Below are positions 38,630-47,853 of a stretch of DNA of 64,000 nucleotides, piece after piece. Positions within the stretch are counted from its first letter, which is position 1. Each line of letters starts with the position of its first letter. The notes under the pieces were generated by a model. It worked only from the letters and a program-made list of their open reading frames with translations, did not search any database and was not told where the DNA came from. The stretch is from NCBI GenBank assembly GCA_036380735.1, contig DASVEE010000057.1, forward strand, positions 11,646 to 75,645, in the 5' to 3' direction. This DNA comes from Thermoanaerobaculia bacterium (lineage in GTDB: Bacteria > Acidobacteriota > Thermoanaerobaculia > Gp7-AA8). A program made the position numbers and the translations under genes.

Positions 38630-40102
38630 GTGAAACACACCAGAACTCTGCGCGCGGTGCTTGCCACCGCTTTATTCGTCTGCACCGCCGCGGTGCAGGC
38701 TGACCACTGCGTTTCACTGGAAGTGCCGGTTGCCATCCGCGGGACGTTTCCCAACCGGGCGGCGGCGGCGATCGCCTGGTCGGGCACGACGCTCGGCGTC
38801 GCGAAGAACGACCACGAGCCGGTCTTCGACCGTAACGAGATCTGGTTCGCCCTCTACAGCGGCGACCTGACGCAGCTCTCGGCGGATGTCCGCATCGCCG
38901 ACGCCTCGCGTGCGGGCGCCCTCCGGCTCGTCTGGACCGGCAGCGAGTTCGGCCTTTTCTACCAGCGATCCGATTCCCAGCTCATGCTGGCGCGCATCGG
39001 CGCGAACGGACAGCCGCTGGCGGCGCCGACGCCGGTCGGGTCGCACCACTCGAGCTTCCGAGCCGACGAGTACGACATGATCTGGGATCCCACGCGCGAG
39101 GCCTACGTCGTCGTCCGCACGATCACGCAAGGCAACGAGCGTGGCTTGTGGGCGATGTTCCTCGAGGCGGACGGCGCCCTGCGCAGCGAACAGCTCATCG
39201 ACTTCTTCATCGCCACGCCGACCGTTCCCCGCGTGGCGGTCGCATCGAACGGCGTGATCGGCCTGTCTTACGTTCACAGCGCCACCAACGCCATCTACGT
39301 CGCGCGCATCGAGCCGAACGGCCGCTCGTTCAGCACGCGCGTGATGAGCACGGGGAAAGCGCCGCGCATCGCCTCCAGCGGCGACGGCTTCGTCGTCGTG
39401 GCTTCGCGGCCAAGCGCCGATCTGGCGACGACGGAGATCTGGTGGACGCGCCTCGACCAGAACGCGCGCATCCTCGTCCCGGAGGAGTTCTTCTTCGCCG
39501 GCCGTGGCATCGACGTCGAGCCGGTGAATCTGCTCTACAACGCCGACCGGGACGAGTTCGCCCTCGCATACCTCGACTCCCGCCTCGGCTTCCAGCGCTT
39601 TCCCGGCGAGTATCGTCTCTACCGTTTCGAGCGCAGCGGCAACCGGATCAGCGCCACGCAGTTCTCGCCCGAGCTGCTGCGCAGCACGTTCACCACGGAG
39701 TATCCGTTCGTCTGGACCGGGGAGGCGTACGTCACGCAGACCGAGCGCTTTCTGGCGCGAGCGGAGGGGAGTGACTCGTACCTGATCCGCCACTGCCCGC
39801 TGACGGCGACCATCGAGGCTCCGTCGGAAATCCAGGTGCTCACGGAGACGACGTTCGCTGCTCACGTCACCGGCGGTTCCGGCCCCTTCGAGTTCGAATG
39901 GAACTACGGGGACCTGAGCCGCGTCGATCGCACGGCGGTCGGGCAGCACCGCTACGAGAAGCTCGGCACGTTCACCGTTACGCTGACGGTCCGCGATGCT
40001 GCCGGTGCGCGAACCGTGACGAAGAAGACGGTGCGCGTGGTCGACGAAGTGACGCCTCCGCCTCCTCCTCCGACACCGCGGCGCCGGTCGGTGCGCCGCT
40101 AG
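38630..40102 (+). CDS. secreted hypothetical protein with C-terminal PKD domain
   Basis: signal peptide MKHTRTLRAVLATALFVCTAAVQA; PKD-like WNYGDLSRVDRTAVGQHRYEKLGTFTVTLTVRDAAGA; Pro-rich tail. Confidence 0.6.
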   Translation: MKHTRTLRAVLATALFVCTAAVQADHCVSLEVPVAIRGTFPNRAAAAIAWSGTTLGVAKNDHEPVFDRNEIWFALYSGDLTQLSADVRIADASRAGALRLVWTGSEFGLFYQRSDSQLMLARIGANGQPLAAPTPVGSHHSSFRADEYDMIWDPTREAYVVVRTITQGNERGLWAMFLEADGALRSEQLIDFFIATPTVPRVAVASNGVIGLSYVHSATNAIYVARIEPNGRSFSTRVMSTGKAPRIASSGDGFVVVASRPSADLATTEIWWTRLDQNARILVPEEFFFAGRGIDVEPVNLLYNADRDEFALAYLDSRLGFQRFPGEYRLYRFERSGNRISATQFSPELLRSTFTTEYPFVWTGEAYVTQTERFLARAEGSDSYLIRHCPLTATIEAPSEIQVLTETTFAAHVTGGSGPFEFEWNYGDLSRVDRTAVGQHRYEKLGTFTVTLTVRDAAGARTVTKKTVRVVDEVTPPPPPPTPRRRSVRR

Positions 40103-40103
40103 G

Positions 40104-40511
40104 CTACTGGAACTTCGCTTCGAGGGCGGTCACGCGGCGGTCGAGACTGCCGTGGGACCGCTGAATCAGTGCGTGAGTGTCCGCGAAGCCGCGGCGCATC
40201 TCGTCGCGGATGTCCGCGGTTTCGCGCGTGAGCCGCTCGTTCACCAGCGCCACCGCTTCAGAGAGCCCTTCGACCTGATGCCGGAGGAACTCGAGCTCAG
40301 GGCCGAACGTGTCGCGCATGACCGTGAACTCGCGCCGCAGTTCGTTGAACTCACCGCGAAGGCCGTTGAACTTTTCGTCCAGTGCGGTGAACTCGCGCCT
40401 CAGTTCGCGGAAGTCGCTCCGGATCTCGGCAGTGGTTGCATTGAAGTGCGCAAGGATCTGCGCCGTGTTCGCTTCGAGCAGTCGTTGAAAGTCTTTCTCG
40501 TCCATACCCAC
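40104..40511 (-). CDS. hypothetical coiled-coil protein
   Basis: hendecad-like EF..LRREF repeats (FRELRREFTALDEKFNGLRGEFNELRREFTVM); may be non-coding. Confidence 0.3.
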   Translation of the reverse strand: MGMDEKDFQRLLEANTAQILAHFNATTAEIRSDFRELRREFTALDEKFNGLRGEFNELRREFTVMRDTFGPELEFLRHQVEGLSEAVALVNERLTRETADIRDEMRRGFADTHALIQRSHGSLDRRVTALEAKFQ

Positions 40512-40527
40512 TGATCGTACCTCGGTG

Positions 40528-43500
40528 TTACTGAGCCTCTACGAACCGTAGAAACTCCTCGGCCGAGACGGGCGCTTTGATCAGGTAACCCTGCATCTGG
40601 TCGCAGGAATGCCGCTCCAGGAAGTTCGCCTGTTCGGTGAACTCGACCCCCTCCGCGATCACCTTCAACCGCAACGAGTGCGCCATGGCGATGATCGCCG
40701 TAACGATCGCTGCCGTATCGGGATCGTGGTTGATGTCGCGGACGAACGACTGATCGATCTTGAGCGTGTCGATAGGGAACCGCTTCAGATAGCTCAGCGA
40801 CGAGTGACCGGTGCCGAAATCGTCCAGCGAGATGCGGATCCCCAGCTTCTTCAGCTCGTAGAGTGTGCGGATACTGTTCTCGGGACTGACCATCGCGCTG
40901 CTCTCGGTGATCTCCAGCTCGAGCAGCCTCGAGGGGAGCTTGGTCTCCTCCAGAATCTCGCGCACGCGGGCAACGAGATCGGGCTGCTGCAACTGCGTCA
41001 CGGAGAGGTTCACCGCGAGCGACAGGCTGCGGAATCCGGCGTCGTGCCACGCCTTCGCCTGCAGCGCCGCGGTGCGCAGCGCCCAGTAGCCGATCGGCAC
41101 CATCATGCCGGTAGCCTCGGCGACGGGGATGAACGTCGCCGGCGGGATGCGGCCGAGCTCCTGATGGCTCCATCGCAGCAACGCTTCCATGCCGGTGATG
41201 CGGTGCGTGCGGAGGTCGAAGATCGGCTGGTAATGGATCTCGAGCTCGTCGTTCATCAGCGAGCGGCGCAGCCCGTGCTCGAGCGCGATCCGCTGCAGTG
41301 CCTTCGCATTCACGAAGGCGTTGAAGAGCTGGTAGTTGTCGCGTCCTTGTTCTTTCGCCTGGTACATCGCGGTGTCGGCATTCTTGATCAGCGACTCCGC
41401 GTCGGTTCCATCCTCGGGGTAGAGGCTGATGCCGACGGAGGTCGTGATGAAGAACTCGCGTCCCTCGATGTGGAACGGGTGGCGCACGGCTTCGAGGATC
41501 TTGTCCGCGATCGGTGCGGCGTCTTCGGAACGCTGCAGCCGTGCGAGCAGGATCGTGAACTCGTCGCCGCCGAGTCGGGCGACGGTATCGCTGTCGCGCA
41601 CGCACGACTGGATGCGCGCCGCGACCGCCTGCAACAACTGATCGCCGATGTTGTGGCCGAGCGAATCGTTGATCACCTTGAAGCGGTCGAGGTCGAGGAA
41701 GAGCACCGCCAGGCGCGTGCGCTCACGTTGCGCGTGCGACAGCGCGACCGTCAGCCGATCCTTGAATAGCAGACGGTTGGGCTGGCCGGTGAGCGCGTCG
41801 TGATAGGCGAGATGCTTGATCTGTTCTTCGGCGTACGTGCGCTCGGTGATGTCGCGGACGACGCAGACCATCGCCCCGCCGTCGAGCGCCGTGAGCGAGA
41901 TCTCCTGTGGGAACGTGGAGCCGTCGCGGCGCACGCCGGTGGCTTCGCCGCGCCACCGTCCCCGCTGCTGCAGCGTCGGGATGACGGTCGTGACGATGCG
42001 CACCTGCTCCGGCGGTTCGTAGAGATCGCAGAGCGAGCGGCCGAGGACCGCTTGCGCGGTCGGATAGCCGAAGAGCTTCGCCAGCGCATCGTTGGCGTAC
42101 GTGAAGTCGAGCCGCTCGTCGAGGATGCCGATGCCGTCCATCGACGCGGTCATTGCCGCCGACTGCTTGCGCAGCATCTCGTCGGTGGCCTTGCGCTCGG
42201 TGACGTCGGTGCCGACGTGGAGGAAGCCGGTGATCGAGCCGTCGTCCGCACGAAGCGTCGTCAGCGAGACGAGCACCGTCAGCCGCTGCCCGTCGTTGCG
42301 AATGTACGTCCACTCGCGCTCCGTCTCCGTCGAAAGCCCCGCCGCCTCGAGCTCTTCGGGCACGTGCAGGTCGACGATGGAGCGCTGTCCGATGATCTCG
42401 CTCGCGCTGTAGCCGAGCATCCGTTCCGCGCCGGCGTTGAAAACTGTGATCCTGCCGTCGGCGTCGGTGGCGATGATCGAGACGCGCATCGCGGCATCGA
42501 GCACCGCCTTGCGCTGCGAGTTCGCGGCGGCGAGCGACTGCTCTGCGCGCTTCCGCTCGGTGATGTCGTAGACGAAGCCCTCGAAGTACATGGAGCCGCG
42601 CGGCGAGATCACGGAGTGGACGTTGAGCTGCACCCAGATCGGGGAGCCGTCTTTCTTCTTCCAGAGCACTTCGTGATTCGTCGGGAGCCCGTTGGGCTCG
42701 AAGCGGTCGATCAGCGCCGCGCGCTCGCCTTGATGGAAGTAGACGTCGTCGCCGAGGTTGCGCGTGAGCAGCTCGTCCGGAGAGGCGTAGCCGAGGATGC
42801 GCGCGAGCGTGTCGTTGGCCGTGATGATGCGGCCGTCGTTCGAGGACTGGTAGATGCCTACGGAGGCGAAGTTGAAGATGTTGCGGTACTTCTCTTCCGA
42901 CTGCTGCAGCGCCTGTTCGGCGTGCCTCCGCTCGGTGATGTCGTGGATGATGGAGTAGAGCAGCCGCCGGCCGCCGACCTGAATCGGGCCGGAGTGCACT
43001 TCGACGTCGCGGATCTCGCCGTTCGAGCGCATGTGGCGGAAGACGAAGTAGCTGCGCTGCTGCTCGCGCGCTCGCGCCATCTCGAGGCGGACCTGCTCTT
43101 CGCCGAGGACGTTGATGTCCCACATGCGCAGCGCGAGCAGCTCGTCGTGCGTGTAGCCGTAGAAATCGCACGCCGCCATGTTCGCGTCGATGATCGCCCC
43201 GCTCCTCGGGTCGACCAGCAACTGCACCGCGCGGTTGTTCTCGAACATCTGGCGGTAGCGGCGCTCGCTTTCGCGAAGGGCGTCCTCTTTTCGCTTGTGC
43301 TCGATGGCGGAGGCGAGATGCTGCGCGACGAAGTTGAGCACTTCGAGGTCGCGCTCCGTATAGCGGATCGGCTCGTGGTACGACTGCGTGCCGATCACTC
43401 CCCACGTGCGGTCGCCGGTGCGCAGCGGTGCGCCGAGCCAGTCGACCGAAGGCGAGCCGATCTCCACCACTTCGTCTTCCTGCTGCAGGCGCTGGAAGAC

Positions 43501-44262
43501 TTCCGGCGTGGCGAACAGCGGCTTGCCGGTCCGAAGGACGTAGGAAGTCAGGCCGCGACCAGGGTTCAGACCGTCGACGTCCTGCGGCTGGTCGTACTCG
43601 TCGACGAAGTAGGGGAACGTGAGGATGTCGCGGGCCGCGTCGTACTCGGCGACGAAGAAGTTCGTCGCGTTCATCAACTCCCCGACGATGCGGTGCACGG
43701 CGGCGTAGAGCTCGTCGAGGTTCTTCGATTCGACGGTCAGCGTGGCGATGCGGAACAGCGCCGATTGCAGCGTTTCCGCTTTCTGCGCGTCCGTCATGTC
43801 GCGGAAGTACCAGGCGCGGCCGAGGATGCGCCCGCGGACGATGACCGGCACGGTGGCTCGCGAGAAGACGCGCCCGTCCTTCAAAGGCACGGAGTCGCCG
43901 CTGCGGACCTCGTCGGGCTTCTCGTAGAGACGGTTGACCAGATCGATGAAGCCGTTCCAGTCGACGACCAGCTCGGACGCGTAGCCGAGCAGCTCGTTGT
44001 CGTCGCCGGTCTCGGCGACGCTCTCCGGGATGCGCCACAGCTCGAGGAAGCGGGAATTGTACGAAAGGATGCGTCCCCGGTTGTCGACGACCAGGATGCC
44101 GTCGAGCGTCGCTTCCTGCTGTGCGCGCAAGATGGCCACCGTCGTGCGCAACGATTCGCGCGTGGCCGCCTCGCCGCTGCGGATCAGGCGCGCGAGCGAT
44201 CGCCTGGCCCGTTGAAAACGGGAGAGGTGAGGCTCGGAGGGGAGCGGCGTCGGAACGGTCAT
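40528..44262 (-). CDS. multi-PAS/GAF sensor diguanylate cyclase-phosphodiesterase (GGDEF-EAL)
   Basis: several PAS segments, GAF, GGDEF (RLGGDEFTILLA), EAL (EALLRW, ELEITESS, DDFGTGHSSLSYL); start ATG 44262 (MTVPTPLP) chosen, 44346 alternative. Confidence 0.85.
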   Translation of the reverse strand: MTVPTPLPSEPHLSRFQRARRSLARLIRSGEAATRESLRTTVAILRAQQEATLDGILVVDNRGRILSYNSRFLELWRIPESVAETGDDNELLGYASELVVDWNGFIDLVNRLYEKPDEVRSGDSVPLKDGRVFSRATVPVIVRGRILGRAWYFRDMTDAQKAETLQSALFRIATLTVESKNLDELYAAVHRIVGELMNATNFFVAEYDAARDILTFPYFVDEYDQPQDVDGLNPGRGLTSYVLRTGKPLFATPEVFQRLQQEDEVVEIGSPSVDWLGAPLRTGDRTWGVIGTQSYHEPIRYTERDLEVLNFVAQHLASAIEHKRKEDALRESERRYRQMFENNRAVQLLVDPRSGAIIDANMAACDFYGYTHDELLALRMWDINVLGEEQVRLEMARAREQQRSYFVFRHMRSNGEIRDVEVHSGPIQVGGRRLLYSIIHDITERRHAEQALQQSEEKYRNIFNFASVGIYQSSNDGRIITANDTLARILGYASPDELLTRNLGDDVYFHQGERAALIDRFEPNGLPTNHEVLWKKKDGSPIWVQLNVHSVISPRGSMYFEGFVYDITERKRAEQSLAAANSQRKAVLDAAMRVSIIATDADGRITVFNAGAERMLGYSASEIIGQRSIVDLHVPEELEAAGLSTETEREWTYIRNDGQRLTVLVSLTTLRADDGSITGFLHVGTDVTERKATDEMLRKQSAAMTASMDGIGILDERLDFTYANDALAKLFGYPTAQAVLGRSLCDLYEPPEQVRIVTTVIPTLQQRGRWRGEATGVRRDGSTFPQEISLTALDGGAMVCVVRDITERTYAEEQIKHLAYHDALTGQPNRLLFKDRLTVALSHAQRERTRLAVLFLDLDRFKVINDSLGHNIGDQLLQAVAARIQSCVRDSDTVARLGGDEFTILLARLQRSEDAAPIADKILEAVRHPFHIEGREFFITTSVGISLYPEDGTDAESLIKNADTAMYQAKEQGRDNYQLFNAFVNAKALQRIALEHGLRRSLMNDELEIHYQPIFDLRTHRITGMEALLRWSHQELGRIPPATFIPVAEATGMMVPIGYWALRTAALQAKAWHDAGFRSLSLAVNLSVTQLQQPDLVARVREILEETKLPSRLLELEITESSAMVSPENSIRTLYELKKLGIRISLDDFGTGHSSLSYLKRFPIDTLKIDQSFVRDINHDPDTAAIVTAIIAMAHSLRLKVIAEGVEFTEQANFLERHSCDQMQGYLIKAPVSAEEFLRFVEAQ

Positions 44263-44306
44263 CGGGGGAGCGGGCTCAATTTGCCATTTTAGGCGAATTT
44301 TTGCCG

Positions 44307-44978
44307 TCAGTCCCCGGGGTACCCGCGCTCTTTGAAGTCCTGCCACGCCTGAAAGTTCATGAAGACGTACCAGGCGATGAAAAGCGCGATGAAGTATTGC
44401 CGTGTCAAGACCGCGGCCGCGAGCGCGCAGATCGACCCGACGACGATGCCGATCCAGATGGAAACCACGAACGATTTGCGGTCGCTCATGAAGAGACGCG
44501 TGAAGCTGCGGATGGCGTGGCCGCCGTCCAGCGGCTTGAGGGGAATGAGGTTGAAGACGCCCCAGAATACGTTGACCCAGAGGAGCAGTGGCAGCAGCGC
44601 ATTGAAGAACGGATCGGCCATCAGCCCGGTATTGCGCATCACGACCCAGGCGAGCGCCGTCAAGCCGAAGTTCGACAGCGGACCGGCGGCACTGATGAGG
44701 AGGTCATGCCACGCCTTCGTGTGCACGTTGCGGTTCAGCGTGTGGCCGCCCATACCGCCGAGGACGATCTCGCTGGAGCCGTAGCCGAAGAGGCCGAACA
44801 TCGACGCGTGCGCCGCTTCGTGCACGAGGACGCTGATGAAGAGGATCGGCACCCACAGGAGGGCGTACTGAATCCCCCGCTGCGCGTTGAAATTCATCAC
44901 CACGAAGAAGATGCAGAGAATGATGAAGCTGAAGTCGATCGCGATGGTGGTACCGCGGATGGTGCCCAGGTGGAGCAT
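44307..44978 (-). CDS. M50 family site-2-type metalloprotease
   Basis: HEAAHA (HExxH) in TM helix, NLIPLKPLDGG (LDG motif); polytopic. Confidence 0.8.
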   Translation of the reverse strand: MLHLGTIRGTTIAIDFSFIILCIFFVVMNFNAQRGIQYALLWVPILFISVLVHEAAHASMFGLFGYGSSEIVLGGMGGHTLNRNVHTKAWHDLLISAAGPLSNFGLTALAWVVMRNTGLMADPFFNALLPLLLWVNVFWGVFNLIPLKPLDGGHAIRSFTRLFMSDRKSFVVSIWIGIVVGSICALAAAVLTRQYFIALFIAWYVFMNFQAWQDFKERGYPGD

Positions 44979-45016
44979 GCGCAGGGGAGGGTATCACGGG
45001 GTCCGTCGCCCGTTTC

Positions 45017-46054
45017 TTACCCCTCGAGCTTCCGAGCCGCCTCGTCGCTCATCGTGACGATATCGACCACGCGTGCGTCGCGGCTGCTCTCGTACGCGTA
45101 GAGCGCCGGGTCGGAGTCGGGGTTCTTCCGCATCCACTTGTTTTTGTAGAGATCGCGGTCGCAGGCGCTGAGGAGCTGGGGCACGCTCGGGCGCTCCATG
45201 AGCGTGGAGCAGGCGAAGCCGGTGGTGACGCCGACGCCGATCGTTTCGGTCCCGATGGTCCACTGCACCGAGGCGATCTCGTTGGAGACACGTCCGATCA
45301 GTCCCTCGACCTCCGGCGGCGTCAGCTTCTGCACGAGCATCACGAACTCGTCGCCGCCGTAGCGGGCCACGAGATCGTCGTGGCGGGTCCTCCGCTGGAA
45401 GAGGGAGCCGATGTCGCGGAGGATCCGGTCGCCGGCGAGATGGCCGTGCGTGTCGTTGATCCGTTTGAAGTCGTCGAGGTCGAGGAGGACGAGGTTGATC
45501 GTCGTTCCTTCCGCGAGCATCCGCTCCGCCTCGGCAAAAAAGTACCGGCGGTTGTAGAGGCCGGTCAGCTCGTCGCGCGTCGCCAGCCCATGGAGCTCGC
45601 GGACGGCGGCATCGAGTCGGCGGTGGCGGGAGACGAGGCGGCGGGCGACGCTCAGCTTGGCCGTGATCTCCAGCTCGCTCGCAGACTTCAGCAGGAAGTC
45701 GTCGTATCCGAGGCGGAGCGCGGCGAGTTTCGTCTCGACGTCGTCTCGGCCGGTGAGCATCACCGCGTACGCATCGGTGTGACGTTCCTGCGCGCGCAGC
45801 TCGACGATCAGCTCCAACCCTCCGACGAACGGCATCTCACAGTCGACGACGAGAAGGTCGAAAGTCCGTTCCCGCAGGATGGTCAGCGCCTCCGCGCCAT
45901 CCGCACAGGAGGTGACGTGAAACCCGAAGCGGCGGATGAGGACGGCGACGTACTGGCGGTAAGGATCGTTGTCTTCAACGACAAGGGCGCGTAGCGTCGG
46001 ATCCTCAGGCTGGTGATCGGTACGGCGTCGCAGGTGAGTGGCGGAGTCAGTCAA
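45017..46054 (-). CDS. response regulator with REC and GGDEF domains (PleD-like)
   Basis: REC (LRALVVEDND...DLLVVDCEMP), GGDEF (RYGGDEFVML); no in-frame ATG before REC so TTG at 46054 proposed; remainder of track ORF up to 46792 is antisense to gene 46313..46705. Confidence 0.75.
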   Translation of the reverse strand: MTDSATHLRRRTDHQPEDPTLRALVVEDNDPYRQYVAVLIRRFGFHVTSCADGAEALTILRERTFDLLVVDCEMPFVGGLELIVELRAQERHTDAYAVMLTGRDDVETKLAALRLGYDDFLLKSASELEITAKLSVARRLVSRHRRLDAAVRELHGLATRDELTGLYNRRYFFAEAERMLAEGTTINLVLLDLDDFKRINDTHGHLAGDRILRDIGSLFQRRTRHDDLVARYGGDEFVMLVQKLTPPEVEGLIGRVSNEIASVQWTIGTETIGVGVTTGFACSTLMERPSVPQLLSACDRDLYKNKWMRKNPDSDPALYAYESSRDARVVDIVTMSDEAARKLEG

Positions 46055-46084
46055 GGGCGCTAAAGACGATTCAAATAACGGACC

Positions 46085-46262
46085 ACCTGTAGGCAATGGC
46101 CGAATCGCGTGAGGCCGCGATGGGACCGATGGGACAAATAGGACGAGTAGGACGGATGGGACAGATAGGACGGATGAGGCGGACAGAACAGATGGAAAGC
46201 GGCACTCATCGGGCGGGATCCCATTGGTCCCATAGGTCCCATTCGTCCCATCGTCCCCGCCG
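46085..46262. repeat. ATAGGAC-unit hairpin element (copy 10)
   Basis: GATGGGACCGATGGGACAAATAGGACGAGTAGGACGGATGGGACAGATAGGAC ... GTCCCATAGGTCCCATTCGTCCCATCGTCC. Confidence 0.85.
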
Positions 46263-46312
46263 CTACGGTCGCGCCTGACAACCTTCTTCCATCGGCGCAT
46301 GATGCGTTCCCC

Positions 46313-46705
46313 ATGCATCACCGCATCCTGGTCGTCGAAGACGACTACGCCTTCCGCTGGGCGCTCGCTGTTTTCCTGCAGCGCACCAATGTGGAGGTCG
46401 ACATTGCGGAGACGGGACGCGAAGCCGTCGCCTTCCTCGGGCGCAACGCCCAGGACTACTGCGCGGTCATCCTCGACCTCTCGGTGCCCGCGCCCGACGG
46501 TCCGGCCCTCATCCGCCTCATCGGCAACTCGTACCCGGCGCTGCCCGTTCTCGTCGTGACGGCGAACGCGGACCCGATGGCGCGCGTGCGGGACGAGGCC
46601 TGCGCCAGCGTCGTCAAGCTCGTGCTGACGAAACCGGTCGATGTGAAGGAAGTCGCGGTCCTGGCGCACAGCGACTGCTCGCGGCGGCCGGCCGCCTCCG
46701 TATAG
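46313..46705 (+). CDS. single-domain response regulator (CheY-like REC)
   Basis: MHHRILVVEDDYAFRWALAVFLQ... D-D-K receiver pattern (VILDLSVP, VVTA). Confidence 0.7.
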   Translation: MHHRILVVEDDYAFRWALAVFLQRTNVEVDIAETGREAVAFLGRNAQDYCAVILDLSVPAPDGPALIRLIGNSYPALPVLVVTANADPMARVRDEACASVVKLVLTKPVDVKEVAVLAHSDCSRRPAASV

Positions 46706-46714
46706 CATCGGCGG

Positions 46715-47833
46715 ATGCATTTCGACACGCGCGCCATTCACGCCGGCAACGCCACTGACAAGGAGACGGGGGCCGTTGCGCCGCCGATCCATCTCTCGAC
46801 CACCTTCGAGCAGGAGACCGACGCCTCGACGCCGCGCGGCTACGGCTACATCCGCGAGGCGAATCCGACGCAGTCACGCCTCGAGCAGGCGCTCGCCGCC
46901 ATCGATTCCGGTGAAGCGTCGCTCGCCTTCGCCTCCGGCATGGCCGCGGGCGCGGCCGTCCTGCAGGCGCTTCCCGCGGGCTCGCAGGTCGTCTTCCCCG
47001 ATGACTGCTACTACGCGTACCGCCTCCTCGCGCACGACTGCTTCGCGAGGTGGAGCCTCACGTACGACATCGTGGCGATGGAAGATCTCGACGCTGTCCG
47101 AGCGGCGCTGAAGCCGGAGACGCAACTGCTGTGGGCAGAGTCGCCGTCGAATCCGCTCATGAAGATCGTCGATCTCGCCGCGCTGGCGAGCCTGGCGAAG
47201 GAGAACCGTTCGCGCTTTCTCGTCGACGGCACGTTCGCCACGCCGGCGCTGCAGCGGCCGATCGAGCTCGGTGCCGACGTCGTCCTCCACTCCACGACCA
47301 AGTACCTGGGCGGCCATAGCGACGTGCAGGGAGGCGCGCTGACGTTCGCGAAGAAGGACGCGCTCCACGATTCGGTCGAGCATGTGCGCACGCTCACCGG
47401 CGGCGTCGCCTCGCCGTTCAATTCGTGGCTGGTCATGCGCGGCATCCGCTCCCTCAGCGCCCGCATGCGCGTCCATTGCGAGAACGCCATGGCGCTGGCG
47501 GCGTTTCTGGAGACGCACCCTCGGGTCGAGCGCGTGCACTATCCCGGGCTGCCGTCGCATCCGCGGCACGACGTGGCCGCACGCCAGATGTCGGGCTTCG
47601 GCGGGATGCTCTCGTTCCTCGTCCGCGGCGGCAAAGAGGAGGCGCTGGCCGTCACGGCGAAAGTGAAGGTCTTCACGCGCGCGACGTCCCTCGGCGGCGT
47701 CGAAAGCCTCATCGAGCATCGCGCGTCGAGCGAGGGGCCGTCCTCCACCACCCCGGCAAATCTGTTACGGCTGTCCGTGGGGCTCGAACATCTCGGTGAC
47801 TTACGCGACGATCTTGCCGCCGCGCTTGCATGA
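46715..47833 (+). CDS. PLP-dependent Cys/Met metabolism enzyme (cystathionine gamma-synthase/beta-lyase/methionine gamma-lyase family)
   Basis: HSTTKYLGGHSD PLP-lysine motif, N-terminal MHFDTRAIHAG, overall collinearity. Confidence 0.85.
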   Translation: MHFDTRAIHAGNATDKETGAVAPPIHLSTTFEQETDASTPRGYGYIREANPTQSRLEQALAAIDSGEASLAFASGMAAGAAVLQALPAGSQVVFPDDCYYAYRLLAHDCFARWSLTYDIVAMEDLDAVRAALKPETQLLWAESPSNPLMKIVDLAALASLAKENRSRFLVDGTFATPALQRPIELGADVVLHSTTKYLGGHSDVQGGALTFAKKDALHDSVEHVRTLTGGVASPFNSWLVMRGIRSLSARMRVHCENAMALAAFLETHPRVERVHYPGLPSHPRHDVAARQMSGFGGMLSFLVRGGKEEALAVTAKVKVFTRATSLGGVESLIEHRASSEGPSSTTPANLLRLSVGLEHLGDLRDDLAAALA

Positions 47834-47853
47834 TTCGGTAAAATAACCCTCCC

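Noticed and set aside
41800-44292. 830-aa plus-strand ORF
   Set aside because: Antisense to the PAS-GAF-GGDEF-EAL gene, whose motifs are unambiguous. A high-GC antisense frame that happens to stay open.
46055-46792. Upstream 246 codons of track ORF 45017..46792
   Set aside because: Passes through an ATAGGAC repeat element and is antisense to the REC gene 46313..46705. The REC-GGDEF protein domains begin only after about 46040.
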